Shown here: positions 15,632 through 23,396 of the stretch, one piece after another
Layout of the letters: every line of letters begins with the position of its first letter
Numbering within the stretch: the stretch's first letter is position 1
DNA from: Halobacteriaceae archaeon
GTDB lineage: Archaea > Halobacteriota > Halobacteria > Halobacteriales > Halobacteriaceae
NCBI GenBank assembly: GCA_042216675.1
Contig: JBDGTS010000049.1
Coordinates: forward strand, 1 to 23,396
Length of the DNA stretch: 23,396 bases
Reading direction: 5' to 3'
Position numbers and translations under genes: made by a program
The notes under the pieces: generated by a model
Database searches by the model: none
Told to the model about the DNA's origin: nothing
Seen by the model: only the letters and a program-made list of their open reading frames with translations

Positions 15632-16228
15632 GTGCCCTCGCTGGCACTCCTGTACAGCGGCGGCAAGGATTCCTCGCTCGCGGCCCTGTTGCTCGACCCG
15701 TTCTACGACGTGACGCTCCGCCCCGCCACCTTCGGCGTCACAGACGACTACCGGTACGCGTGCGACGCCGCCGCGGCCCTCGGTTTCGACGTTGACCCGC
15801 TGGAACTCGACCGCTCCGTGGCCGAGACGGCCGTCGAGGAGATGGCGAGCGACGGCTACCCCCGCAACGGCATCCAGCGCGTCCACGACCACGCCCTCGA
15901 AACCGTCGCCGAAGGCGAGTTCGACGCCGTCGCTGACGGCACCAGACGCGACGACAGGGCGCCGACCGTCCCCCGCTCACGGGCACAGAGCCTCGAAGAC
16001 AGACACTTCGTGGACTACGTCGCGCCCCTCGCGGGCTTCGGTCGGCACGCAATCGACGCGCTCGCCGACGCCGAACTCGCCGTCGAGAGTGGTCCCAGCG
16101 AGGACGTGGGCCGCGCCGACTACGAGGCAGAACTCCGCGCGCTGTTGGCCGACCGCCGTGACGAGAGCGCGGTGCGCGCGGTGTTCCCCGACCACGTCCA
16201 GAGCCGGGTCACCGGCCGGGCCGAGTAG
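15632..16228 (+). CDS. PP-loop (adenine nucleotide alpha hydrolase) protein of unknown function
   Basis: GTG start; LLYSGGKDSSLAA, DGYPRNGIQ, ADGTRRDDR, ADYEAELR. Confidence 0.85.
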   Translation: MPSLALLYSGGKDSSLAALLLDPFYDVTLRPATFGVTDDYRYACDAAAALGFDVDPLELDRSVAETAVEEMASDGYPRNGIQRVHDHALETVAEGEFDAVADGTRRDDRAPTVPRSRAQSLEDRHFVDYVAPLAGFGRHAIDALADAELAVESGPSEDVGRADYEAELRALLADRRDESAVRAVFPDHVQSRVTGRAE

Positions 16229-17023
16229 ATGACGGCGTTCCGCCTCGCCTACGACGGCCGCCCGTACAACGGCTTCCAGCGCCAACCCGACGTGCCGACG
16301 GTCGAGGACCGCCTCTTTGCCGCCTGCCGCGCGCTCGACGTCTGCGCCGACGAGCCCCGAAACTACACCGCCGCGGGCCGGACCGACCGCGGCGTCTCGG
16401 CGCTCGCCCAGACCGTCGCGTTCGACTGCCCCGACTGGCTCTCCCCGAGCGCGCTCAACAGCCACCTTCCCTCGTCCATCCGGGCGTGGGCCCGCGCCGA
16501 CCCGCCAGCGGGCTTTCACGCGACCCACCACGCCCGACGCCGGACCTACGAGTACCATCTGTACGCGCCGGCGGCCGACCCGGACCGGGCGCGTGCGGCC
16601 CTCGACCGCCTCGCGGGGGGCCACGACTTCCACAACCTCACGCCCGACGAGACAGGGACGGTCCGGAGCCTCACCACCGACTGCCGTGCCGACGGCGACT
16701 TTCTGGTCGTCACCGTCTCGGCCGGCGGCTTCGCCCGCGAACTGGTGCGTCGCGTCGTCTCCCTCGTCGGCGCCGTCGCGGCGGGCGAGAGCGAGGTGAC
16801 CCGCGTGGACCGCGTACTCGGCGAGACGCCGATTTCGGGGCCGGAGGGCGTCGCGGCCGCCCCGCCCGAACCGCTCGTACTCACCGACGTGACCTACGAC
16901 GTGGACTTCGCCGTCGACGAGGACGCACTCGCGGATGCGCACGAACTGTTCGAGCGCCGGTTCGCCGCCGCGGCGACGGGCGCCCGCGTCGCGGCCACCA
17001 TCCGGGACGGACTGCCGCGATGA
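16229..17023 (+). CDS. truA: tRNA pseudouridine(38-40) synthase
   Basis: LAYDG..YNGFQRQP..PTVE, AAGRTDRGVSA (catalytic Asp), RTYEY, HDFHN, VRRVV. Confidence 0.94.
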   Translation: MTAFRLAYDGRPYNGFQRQPDVPTVEDRLFAACRALDVCADEPRNYTAAGRTDRGVSALAQTVAFDCPDWLSPSALNSHLPSSIRAWARADPPAGFHATHHARRRTYEYHLYAPAADPDRARAALDRLAGGHDFHNLTPDETGTVRSLTTDCRADGDFLVVTVSAGGFARELVRRVVSLVGAVAAGESEVTRVDRVLGETPISGPEGVAAAPPEPLVLTDVTYDVDFAVDEDALADAHELFERRFAAAATGARVAATIRDGLPR

Positions 17024-17028
17024 GTGTG

Positions 17029-17035
17029 TTTTAAT
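17029..17035 (+). promoter_or_regulatory. TATA box of pepF
   Basis: TTTTAAT 24-30 bp upstream of ATG 17059. Confidence 0.6.
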
Positions 17036-17058
17036 CGGGGGCGCTCCGTGGGCAAGCC

Positions 17059-18852
17059 ATGAGCAGCGTCCCCGAACGCTCGGAGATCGACCGCGAGTAC
17101 AAGTGGGCCCTCGACGGCGTCTTCGAGGACGTCGACGCATGGGAGGCCGAGTACGAGGCCGTCGAGGACCGCATCGCCGCACTTCGGGACCGGGAGACCG
17201 ACCAGTTCGACGACGGCGCGGAACTCCTCGAAACGCTCGAACTGCGTGACGAGGTGATGCGCCGCGTCTCCACCGTCGCCGCCTACGCCCGGATGCGCTC
17301 GGACGAGGACACCCGCGATCAGGAGATGCAGGCGCTCTCGACCCGCGGCCGGGCGCTCTCCTCGGAGGCGTCGAGCGCCGCGAGTTTCATCGACCCCGCC
17401 GTCCAGTCGCTGTCCCGCGACGAACTCGACGCGATGATAGCGTCCACGGACGGCCTCGAAGAGTACGAACACTACCTCGACGACGTGATGCGCCTGAAGG
17501 CGCACACCCGCTCCGCCGAAGTCGAGGAACTCCTCTCGGAGTTGGGCGAGGTGCTGGGCGCCCCCGGCGACATCTACTCGATGCTGACCAACGCCGACAT
17601 GACGTTCCCCGAGGTGGAAGACCCGGAGGGCGAGACGGTCGAAATCACCCAGTCGAACTTCACGACCCTGCTGAAGCGCCGGGACCGGCCGTTCCGACGG
17701 ACCGTCCACGAGGCGTTCTACGACGAACTCGGCGAGGTGCGCAACACCATCGGCGCGTCGCTGAAGAACAGCGTCAAGTCCGACGTGAAGGTGGCGCGGG
17801 CACGCAACTACGACACCGCCCGCGCGGCGGCCATGGACGGCCCCAACATCCCCGTCGCAGTGTACGACAACCTCGTCGACACGGTGCGGACCAACCTCGA
17901 CACCCTCCACCGCCACGCCGCCCTCAAGCGCGACGCCCTCGGCGTCGACGACTTGCAGATGTGGGACCTCTACGTGCCGATGGTGGAGTCCGAGAGCCCC
18001 ACCGTCGAGTACGGCGAGGCCCGCGACTACGTGGTGGAGGCGTTTGCCCCCCTCGGCGAGGACTACCAGTCTCGCGTCGCGGACGGCCTCGACTCGCGGT
18101 GGGTCGACGTCTTCGAGAACCGCGGGAAGCGCTCGGGCGCCTACTCCGGTGGCACCTACGACACCCAGCCGTTCATCCTGATGAACTATCAGGAGGACAT
18201 CTCCTCGATGTACACGCTGGCTCACGAACTCGGCCACTCGCTTCACTCCCAGTACACCAGCGAGAACCAGCCCTACATCTACAGCGACTACGAAATCTTC
18301 GTGGCCGAGGTGGCGTCGATGGTCAACGAGTCGCTGCTCACCCACCACCTGCTCGACACCGTCGAGGACGAGCGGTTCCGCCGGCACGTCCTCGACGAGT
18401 ACCTCGAGCGCTTCCGCTCGACGCTGTTCCGACAGACGATGTTCGCGGACTTCGAGCACCGCATCCACTCCCTCGCGGAGGACGACGAAGCGCTGACGCC
18501 GGACCGACTCGACGAGGAGTACCGGGACCTGAAGGCGGAGTTCTACGAGCCAGCGGTGGTCGACGACCACATCGCCCGCGAGTGGATGCGCATCCCGCAC
18601 TTCTACTACAACTACTACGTCTACCAGTACAGCACCGGCATCAGCGCGGCCGTGGCGCTCGCGGCCGACATCTACGAGGGCGACGACGGCGCCGCCGAGG
18701 ACTACGTCGACTTCCTCACCCTCGGCTCCCGGGAGTACCCCCTCGAACTCCTGCGCGATGCGGGCGTCGACATGGCGTCGCCCGACCCCATCGAACGTGC
18801 CATCGGCGTCTACGACGACGCCCTCGACGAGATGGCGGCGCTGCTGGACTGA
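17059..18852 (+). CDS. pepF: Oligoendopeptidase F (M3B)
   Basis: GKRSGAYS, TLAHELGHSLHS, FVAEVAS, LFRQTMFADFE, WMRIPHFYYNYYVYQYSTG. Confidence 0.96.
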   Translation: MSSVPERSEIDREYKWALDGVFEDVDAWEAEYEAVEDRIAALRDRETDQFDDGAELLETLELRDEVMRRVSTVAAYARMRSDEDTRDQEMQALSTRGRALSSEASSAASFIDPAVQSLSRDELDAMIASTDGLEEYEHYLDDVMRLKAHTRSAEVEELLSELGEVLGAPGDIYSMLTNADMTFPEVEDPEGETVEITQSNFTTLLKRRDRPFRRTVHEAFYDELGEVRNTIGASLKNSVKSDVKVARARNYDTARAAAMDGPNIPVAVYDNLVDTVRTNLDTLHRHAALKRDALGVDDLQMWDLYVPMVESESPTVEYGEARDYVVEAFAPLGEDYQSRVADGLDSRWVDVFENRGKRSGAYSGGTYDTQPFILMNYQEDISSMYTLAHELGHSLHSQYTSENQPYIYSDYEIFVAEVASMVNESLLTHHLLDTVEDERFRRHVLDEYLERFRSTLFRQTMFADFEHRIHSLAEDDEALTPDRLDEEYRDLKAEFYEPAVVDDHIAREWMRIPHFYYNYYVYQYSTGISAAVALAADIYEGDDGAAEDYVDFLTLGSREYPLELLRDAGVDMASPDPIERAIGVYDDALDEMAALLD

Positions 18853-18909
18853 GTCGCAAGGCTTCGACCACCCAAAGGGCCTTTTGCCGTGGGGACGTAG
18901 GTTCGGGTA

Positions 18910-20124
18910 ATGTCTCGCAGTCCCTCTCTGCCGGACCGCCCCACGCTGGATCTCGATCCAGACTTACCGCCGGAGGAGCGCCTCGACGCTCTCCGGGAAC
19001 ACTTCGCCGAAATCGTCCGCGTCAACGAACAGCTGTCCGACCGCCTCGACGGCGTGCAGTCCCGCCGCGAGGAACTCCACGAGCAAGTCGACCAGCTCCA
19101 GCGCGAGAACGAGTCGCTGAAGAGCGCCTCGCTGTACATCGCCACCGTCGAGGACGTCCTCGACGACGAGGTCATCATCAAACAGCACGGCAACAATCAG
19201 GAGGTCCTCACGGACGTCTCCCCCCAGATGCACGAGCGGCTGGAGGCCGGTGACCGCGTGACGGTCAACGACTCCTTCGCCGTGCAGTCCATCCTCGACG
19301 CCGAAACCGACGCCCGCGCGCAGGCGATGCAGGTCGAGGAGTCGCCGGAGGTCACCTACGACGACATCGGCGGTCTCACCGAACAACTGCGGGAGGTCCG
19401 AGAGACCGTCGAGGACCCCCTCGAGAACCCCGAGCAGTTCGACGACGTGGGCATCGAACCGCCGAGCGGCGTCCTCCTGCACGGGCCGCCGGGCACGGGG
19501 AAGACGATGATGGCGAAGGCCGTCGCGAACGAGACGGACGCCACGTTCATCAAGATGGCCGGCTCCGAACTCGTCCGGAAGTTCATCGGCGAGGGCTCCC
19601 GCCTCGTGCGCGACCTGTTCGAACTCGCCGCGGAGCGCGAACCGGCCATCGTCTTCATCGACGAAATCGACGCCATCGCGGCCAAGCGCACGGACTCGAA
19701 GACGTCGGGCGACGCGGAGGTCCAGCGCACGATGATGCAGTTGCTCTCCGAGATGGACGGCTTCGAGGAACGCGGCGAGGTGCGCATCATCGCCGCCACC
19801 AACCGCTTCGACATGCTCGACCGCGCCATCCTCCGCCCCGGCCGCTTCGACCGCCTCATCGAGGTCCCCGAACCCGACCGAGAGGGCCGCCGGCACATCC
19901 TCGAAATCCACGCCGCCGACATGAACGTCGACGAGGTGGACTACGACCTGCTGGCCCGCCGCACGGAGGGCTTCAGCGGCGCCGACGTGGCGAGTCTCGC
20001 CACCGAGGCCGGCATGTTCGCCATCCGCGACGGCCGCGAGGAGGTCCGCACGGAGGACTTCCTCGACGCACTTGAGAAGGTGACCGAGGAGGAGTCCGAG
20101 GTGTCCTCGGACTACATCCGCTAA
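18910..20124 (+). CDS. panB: Proteasome-activating nucleotidase, PanB/Pan2 type
   Basis: N-terminal coiled coil; Walker A GPPGTGKT, Walker B IVFIDEID, SRH AATNRFDMLDRAILRPGRFDR; MSRSPSLPDRP start and KQHGNNQEVLT as recalled for the haloarchaeal second paralogue. Confidence 0.9.
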   Translation: MSRSPSLPDRPTLDLDPDLPPEERLDALREHFAEIVRVNEQLSDRLDGVQSRREELHEQVDQLQRENESLKSASLYIATVEDVLDDEVIIKQHGNNQEVLTDVSPQMHERLEAGDRVTVNDSFAVQSILDAETDARAQAMQVEESPEVTYDDIGGLTEQLREVRETVEDPLENPEQFDDVGIEPPSGVLLHGPPGTGKTMMAKAVANETDATFIKMAGSELVRKFIGEGSRLVRDLFELAAEREPAIVFIDEIDAIAAKRTDSKTSGDAEVQRTMMQLLSEMDGFEERGEVRIIAATNRFDMLDRAILRPGRFDRLIEVPEPDREGRRHILEIHAADMNVDEVDYDLLARRTEGFSGADVASLATEAGMFAIRDGREEVRTEDFLDALEKVTEEESEVSSDYIR

Positions 20125-20161
20125 CCGACGCGCCTTTTTGCGACGCGCCCCCCGTTCTCCT

Positions 20162-20653
20162 ATGGGCACGATTCACGTCGCCAGCGGCGCCGGCACCGGG
20201 CCGACGGCGATGGCGTCCTACGACGCCGCCCTCGCCGACGCCGGCGTCGAGAACTACAACCTCGTCGCCGTCTCCTCTGTCGTTCCCGCCGACGCCGAGG
20301 TGCGGACCGTCGCCGAGGCGCCCGACTTGGGGCCGGTCGGCGGCCGCCTCACCGTCGTCGAGGCTCGCGCCACCGTCGCCGGCCCGGGGAGCGCCGGCGC
20401 CGCGCTCGGCTGGTCTCGAACCCCGAGCGGTGAGGGCCTCTTCTACGAGTCCGGCGGCGTCGGCGGCACCGAGGCCAATCCCGACGCGCAGGCCGCCGAG
20501 CGAGTCCGGAACGGTCTCGCGGCGGGCCTCGACCTCCGCGACTGGGACGGCGACGACCCGACCGTCGAGACGCAACGCGCCGTCGCATCTGACGGCCACC
20601 ACGCCACCGCCGTCGTCGTCGCCGCCTACGGCGAGGCCGACCCCATCTGCTGA
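20162..20653 (+). CDS. pdaD: Pyruvoyl-dependent arginine decarboxylase
   Basis: SYDAALADAGVENYNLVAVSSVVP with Ser-Ser autocleavage site; GLFYE; start ATG 20162 after TTTTTG. Confidence 0.88.
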   Translation: MGTIHVASGAGTGPTAMASYDAALADAGVENYNLVAVSSVVPADAEVRTVAEAPDLGPVGGRLTVVEARATVAGPGSAGAALGWSRTPSGEGLFYESGGVGGTEANPDAQAAERVRNGLAAGLDLRDWDGDDPTVETQRAVASDGHHATAVVVAAYGEADPIC

Positions 20654-20708
20654 CCGCGAAATCCGAGGCGGGCTAAAGGCTTATGCGTCACCGTCCGCTA
20701 TCGGGGGT

Positions 20709-21074
20709 ATGTCCTACGAACGCTCGCCGGGCCGCCAGACCGTCGCCGGGACCGACGCGTCGCTGACGCCGGAACAGCGGCGCTCCCTCCGCCGGAGTGC
20801 TGCCACCGTCGCGGCGCGGACCCGTGACTACCTCCCCGGTGAGTTCGCAATCGGCACGGAACTCGCTCCCCGTGCGGATGGGGTTCGGGCCTACGTCGCC
20901 GTCCGGCCACCGCTCGGTCAGCCGGTGACCGCCGGCTTCGAACCGGACTTCGACGACGAACCGCTTCTGGACGACGACACTCGCGACGAGGTGGCCCGCG
21001 GCCTCGCGGCCAGCGCCGCCCTGCAGGTCAAGCAGGCGATGGCCGAGGACGACCGGGACCCCGTCGCCCGATAA
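20709..21074 (+). CDS. Conserved haloarchaeal protein (DUF5811-like)
   Basis: ARTRDYLP, VRPPLGQPVTAGF, EVARGLAASAALQVKQA; ATG 20709 about 25 bp after CTTATG. Confidence 0.72.
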   Translation: MSYERSPGRQTVAGTDASLTPEQRRSLRRSAATVAARTRDYLPGEFAIGTELAPRADGVRAYVAVRPPLGQPVTAGFEPDFDDEPLLDDDTRDEVARGLAASAALQVKQAMAEDDRDPVAR

Positions 21075-21311
21075 TCAGCCGCTAATTCTCTCGCCTCCCC
21101 GGCCAGTGCCGGGCGGGGCGCCGAACAGCGCGTACGCGACCAGAAGCGACGCCAGCAGACTGCCGACCGCGACGCTCTCGCGGAGCGACGCCCCGACGGC
21201 GTGGCCGCCGAGCGTGCCCAACACGAGCATGAGCGGTATCGCCGCTAGCACGGCGTCGTACCGGCTCCCGGGCAGTACAGCACCGCCGTTGTGGGGTCTC
21301 GTGACGGGCAT
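21075..21311 (-). CDS. Small two-TM membrane protein
   Basis: SRYDAVLAAIPLMLVLG...VGSLLASLLVAYALFGAPP; AGGTGA SD-like motif just before ATG 21311 and AAAATATAAG promoter-like box upstream. Confidence 0.7.
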   Translation of the reverse strand: MPVTRPHNGGAVLPGSRYDAVLAAIPLMLVLGTLGGHAVGASLRESVAVGSLLASLLVAYALFGAPPGTGRGGERISG

Positions 21312-21346
21312 CGAACTCACCTATACGTTACTACGTGGTTTTCCGA

Positions 21347-21357
21347 CTTATATTTTG
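21347..21357 (-). promoter_or_regulatory. BRE/TATA box of the small membrane protein gene
   Basis: Minus strand reads CAAAATATAAG, about 36-46 bp upstream of ATG 21311. Confidence 0.55.
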
Positions 21358-21400
21358 ACGGTGGCTTCAACTGGCCCGCGCCCGTCAGACCCTCACAGCC

Positions 21401-21889
21401 ATGCGCCCCGTGTACGAGTTCGAGGGGCTCACCGGCGTCGTCGGCGCCGTCGCAGGACTCACCGGTATCGCGCTCGTCGCACTCGGCGGCGTCGGCCTGT
21501 TCAGCGCCGTCGGCGGGGGTCAGGTCTACCTCTCGCTCTTCGTCGTCGCCGTCGGGACGGTGCTGTTCGCGGGCGGACATCACGTCGTCGCCGTGGACCC
21601 GCGACCGCTTCTGCTGGACGGCATCGCGACTGTCTGGTTCGTCGTGACGCCGGTGCTTCTGCTTCTGGGCGGCCCACTGCTCGTCGAATCGGGTGGACTC
21701 GTTGGCGCGCTCTTCGTCCTCGGACCCGCGGCGCTGCTCGCCGTCCTCTGGCGGCCGCTGCTCACCGTCTGGGTCGCCCTGTTGACGTTCCCCGTCGCCG
21801 TCCTCGCGGCGGCGACCCGGCCAGCCCATCCGACGCTGTTTCGGCTGTGGGACAAGGTGTGGGCGGCCGTTCGCCGCCCCTTCGACTGA
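21401..21889 (+). CDS. Hypothetical multi-pass membrane protein
   Basis: 162 aa, almost entirely hydrophobic, basic/Trp-rich C-terminal helix; fills the gap and ends flush with the infB stop. Confidence 0.65.
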   Translation: MRPVYEFEGLTGVVGAVAGLTGIALVALGGVGLFSAVGGGQVYLSLFVVAVGTVLFAGGHHVVAVDPRPLLLDGIATVWFVVTPVLLLLGGPLLVESGGLVGALFVLGPAALLAVLWRPLLTVWVALLTFPVAVLAAATRPAHPTLFRLWDKVWAAVRRPFD

Positions 21890-23396
21890 CTACTTCCCCC
21901 AGAACGGGTCTCGGTTCCGCCGCTTCTCCAGATACTGCGTCAGCGCTTCCAACTCGTCGGCGGGAATCTCGTCGGTGAGTTCCTGTTCGAGGACGCGGGC
22001 GTGTTTCTCGGGCAGGTCCACCCACAGTTCGTCGCCCTCCTCGATTTGCCGCCCGACGGTGGGGCCCTCGATGGCGGCACTGACGCGTTCGCCGGCCCGG
22101 GCCTCCTCGACGTCCTCGCCCTGATTCTGGATGCCGTTGACGTGGCCGACGCGGGTCGGCTCGCCGTCCTCGAACGAGGCGACGGGGACGTTTCGCTTCA
22201 GCGTGCCCGACATGATTTCGACGCCGACGACTGCGGGGTCGGACTGCCGGAACGTGTGGTCGGGGAGAATGCGGAAGCGCGCGGGGCGCACGACGTTGTC
22301 GATGACGGCCTCGCGCTGTTCGCGTTCGATGGCCTCGACGAACCCCTCGTAGTCCTCGACGAGTTGATAAATCACGTCGTCGGTGAACACCTCCACGTCG
22401 CTCTCGGTGGCGCGGCGCTCCGCGTCGGGGAGCGTCTCGACGTTGAAGCCGAGGATGACGCGCTGGGTCTCCTCCTCGATGGTGCTGGCGATGCTCACGT
22501 CGCGGGGCGCCACGTCGCCCACCTCGGCGCGCATGATGGGCACCTCTGCCTCTTCGAGAGCGTTCGCGATGGCTTCGAGGCTCCCGAGCGTGTCGGCCTT
22601 GACGACGACGCCCTCCTCCTCCGTCTCGACTTCGATGGCAGCGAGTTCGCTCCGGACGGCTTCGATGACGTCGTCGAGGTCCCGGCCGCCGACGACCCGG
22701 ACGGGCGCGCCGGCCATCGCGTCTTCGAGGTCCGGGGCGGCGATTTTCACGCCGTTCGCCGCCGAGACGGTGTCGACGCTCTCGAAGCGGCTCTCGGTCC
22801 GAATCTCGGCCAGCGGCTTCGGCTTCAACAGCGCCCGCACGTCCGTCACGATGGGGTCCTCGGCGCCCCCGACGACGATTTGGTCGTCCTCCTCGATGGT
22901 GCCGTCGTAGAGAATCACGTCGAGGGTGGTGCCGAAGCCTCGCTCCTCGGTGACTTCGAGGACGGTCCCCGCACCCGGCCCGGACACGTCGATTTCCATC
23001 TCCTCGCGCATGTAGCGCTGGGAGAGCCCCATCAGCACGGTGAGCAGGTCCGGAACGCCCTCGCCCGTCTCGGCGCTCACCGGCACGACGCCGACGTTGG
23101 CTTGGAAGTCCTGCACGCGCCAGTAGAAGTCCGCGGAGAAGCCCGCGTCCGAGAGGTCGCCGATGATCTCGTACAGCAGTTCGTCCACCTGTCCGCGCAC
23201 CCGGTCGCTCTGGCCCTCGTAGGAGGGCTTGATGGGCGAGTCGGGGTTCGGGTTCCATCCCGGCACGGTGTCCACCTTGTTCGCGGCGACCACGAACGGC
23301 GTCTCCGTGCGCTTGAGGATGTCGACGGCCTCGTGGGTCTGGGGCTGGAAGCCGTCGTTCACGTCCACGACGAGGATGGCGATGTCCGCCAGCGCG
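21890..23396 (-). CDS. infB: Translation initiation factor aIF5B (IF-2), 5' part outside the window
   Basis: GFQPQTHEA, AANKVD (G4), VSAETGEG, VKADTLGSLEA, ILGFNV, FRQSDPAVVGVE, C-terminal DPFWGK; frame open to the window edge. Confidence 0.97.
   Translation of the reverse strand, partial: ALADIAILVVDVNDGFQPQTHEAVDILKRTETPFVVAANKVDTVPGWNPNPDSPIKPSYEGQSDRVRGQVDELLYEIIGDLSDAGFSADFYWRVQDFQANVGVVPVSAETGEGVPDLLTVLMGLSQRYMREEMEIDVSGPGAGTVLEVTEERGFGTTLDVILYDGTIEEDDQIVVGGAEDPIVTDVRALLKPKPLAEIRTESRFESVDTVSAANGVKIAAPDLEDAMAGAPVRVVGGRDLDDVIEAVRSELAAIEVETEEEGVVVKADTLGSLEAIANALEEAEVPIMRAEVGDVAPRDVSIASTIEEETQRVILGFNVETLPDAERRATESDVEVFTDDVIYQLVEDYEGFVEAIEREQREAVIDNVVRPARFRILPDHTFRQSDPAVVGVEIMSGTLKRNVPVASFEDGEPTRVGHVNGIQNQGEDVEEARAGERVSAAIEGPTVGRQIEEGDELWVDLPEKHARVLEQELTDEIPADELEALTQYLEKRRNRDPFWGK

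Noticed and set aside
20430-20708. Longer start for the DUF5811-like ORF or fusion with pdaD
   Set aside because: The upstream part overlaps pdaD in another frame; pdaD has its own stop, and a TATA-like box precedes ATG 20709
21890-23396. Intein in infB (or panB)
   Set aside because: The visible sequences are colinear with the expected domains, with no splice-junction or LAGLIDADG motifs; the infB 5' part is outside the window

Overview
Very GC-rich, gene-dense core-chromosome segment of a haloarchaeon (class Halobacteria). This is inferred from the acidic proteins, S19e, aIF5B, PanB, PitA, tRNAs without encoded CCA, and TATA-like boxes about 25-30 bp before mostly leaderless starts. Gene order: tRNA-Thr(GGT, cut by the window edge), DUF7114-like protein, nadE, tRNA-Gly(CCC) followed by a duplicated tRNA 3' end within a hairpin/REP-like repeat tract, then an accessory-looking block (CNNM/CBS protein, DsbA/FrnE, acyl-CoA thioesterase, SDR, DUF6159-like membrane protein, Rdx protein). 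After that come Nmad3-like protein + hexapeptide acyltransferase, pitA, a PDZ-containing site-2 protease, pyrH, a small wHTH protein, a second site-2 protease, thiL, rps19e-PDCD5-PP-loop-truA, pepF, panB, pdaD, DUF5811-like protein, two small membrane proteins and the 3' part of infB. I see no integrase, transposase or CRISPR array. The most notable items are the tRNA-Gly-attached mini-element, a DDxxD-less prenyl-synthase-like protein, the acyltransferase-Nmad3 pair, and the apparent absence of lysS/hisS from their usual positions. Family names come from motif recognition and memory, not from database searches.
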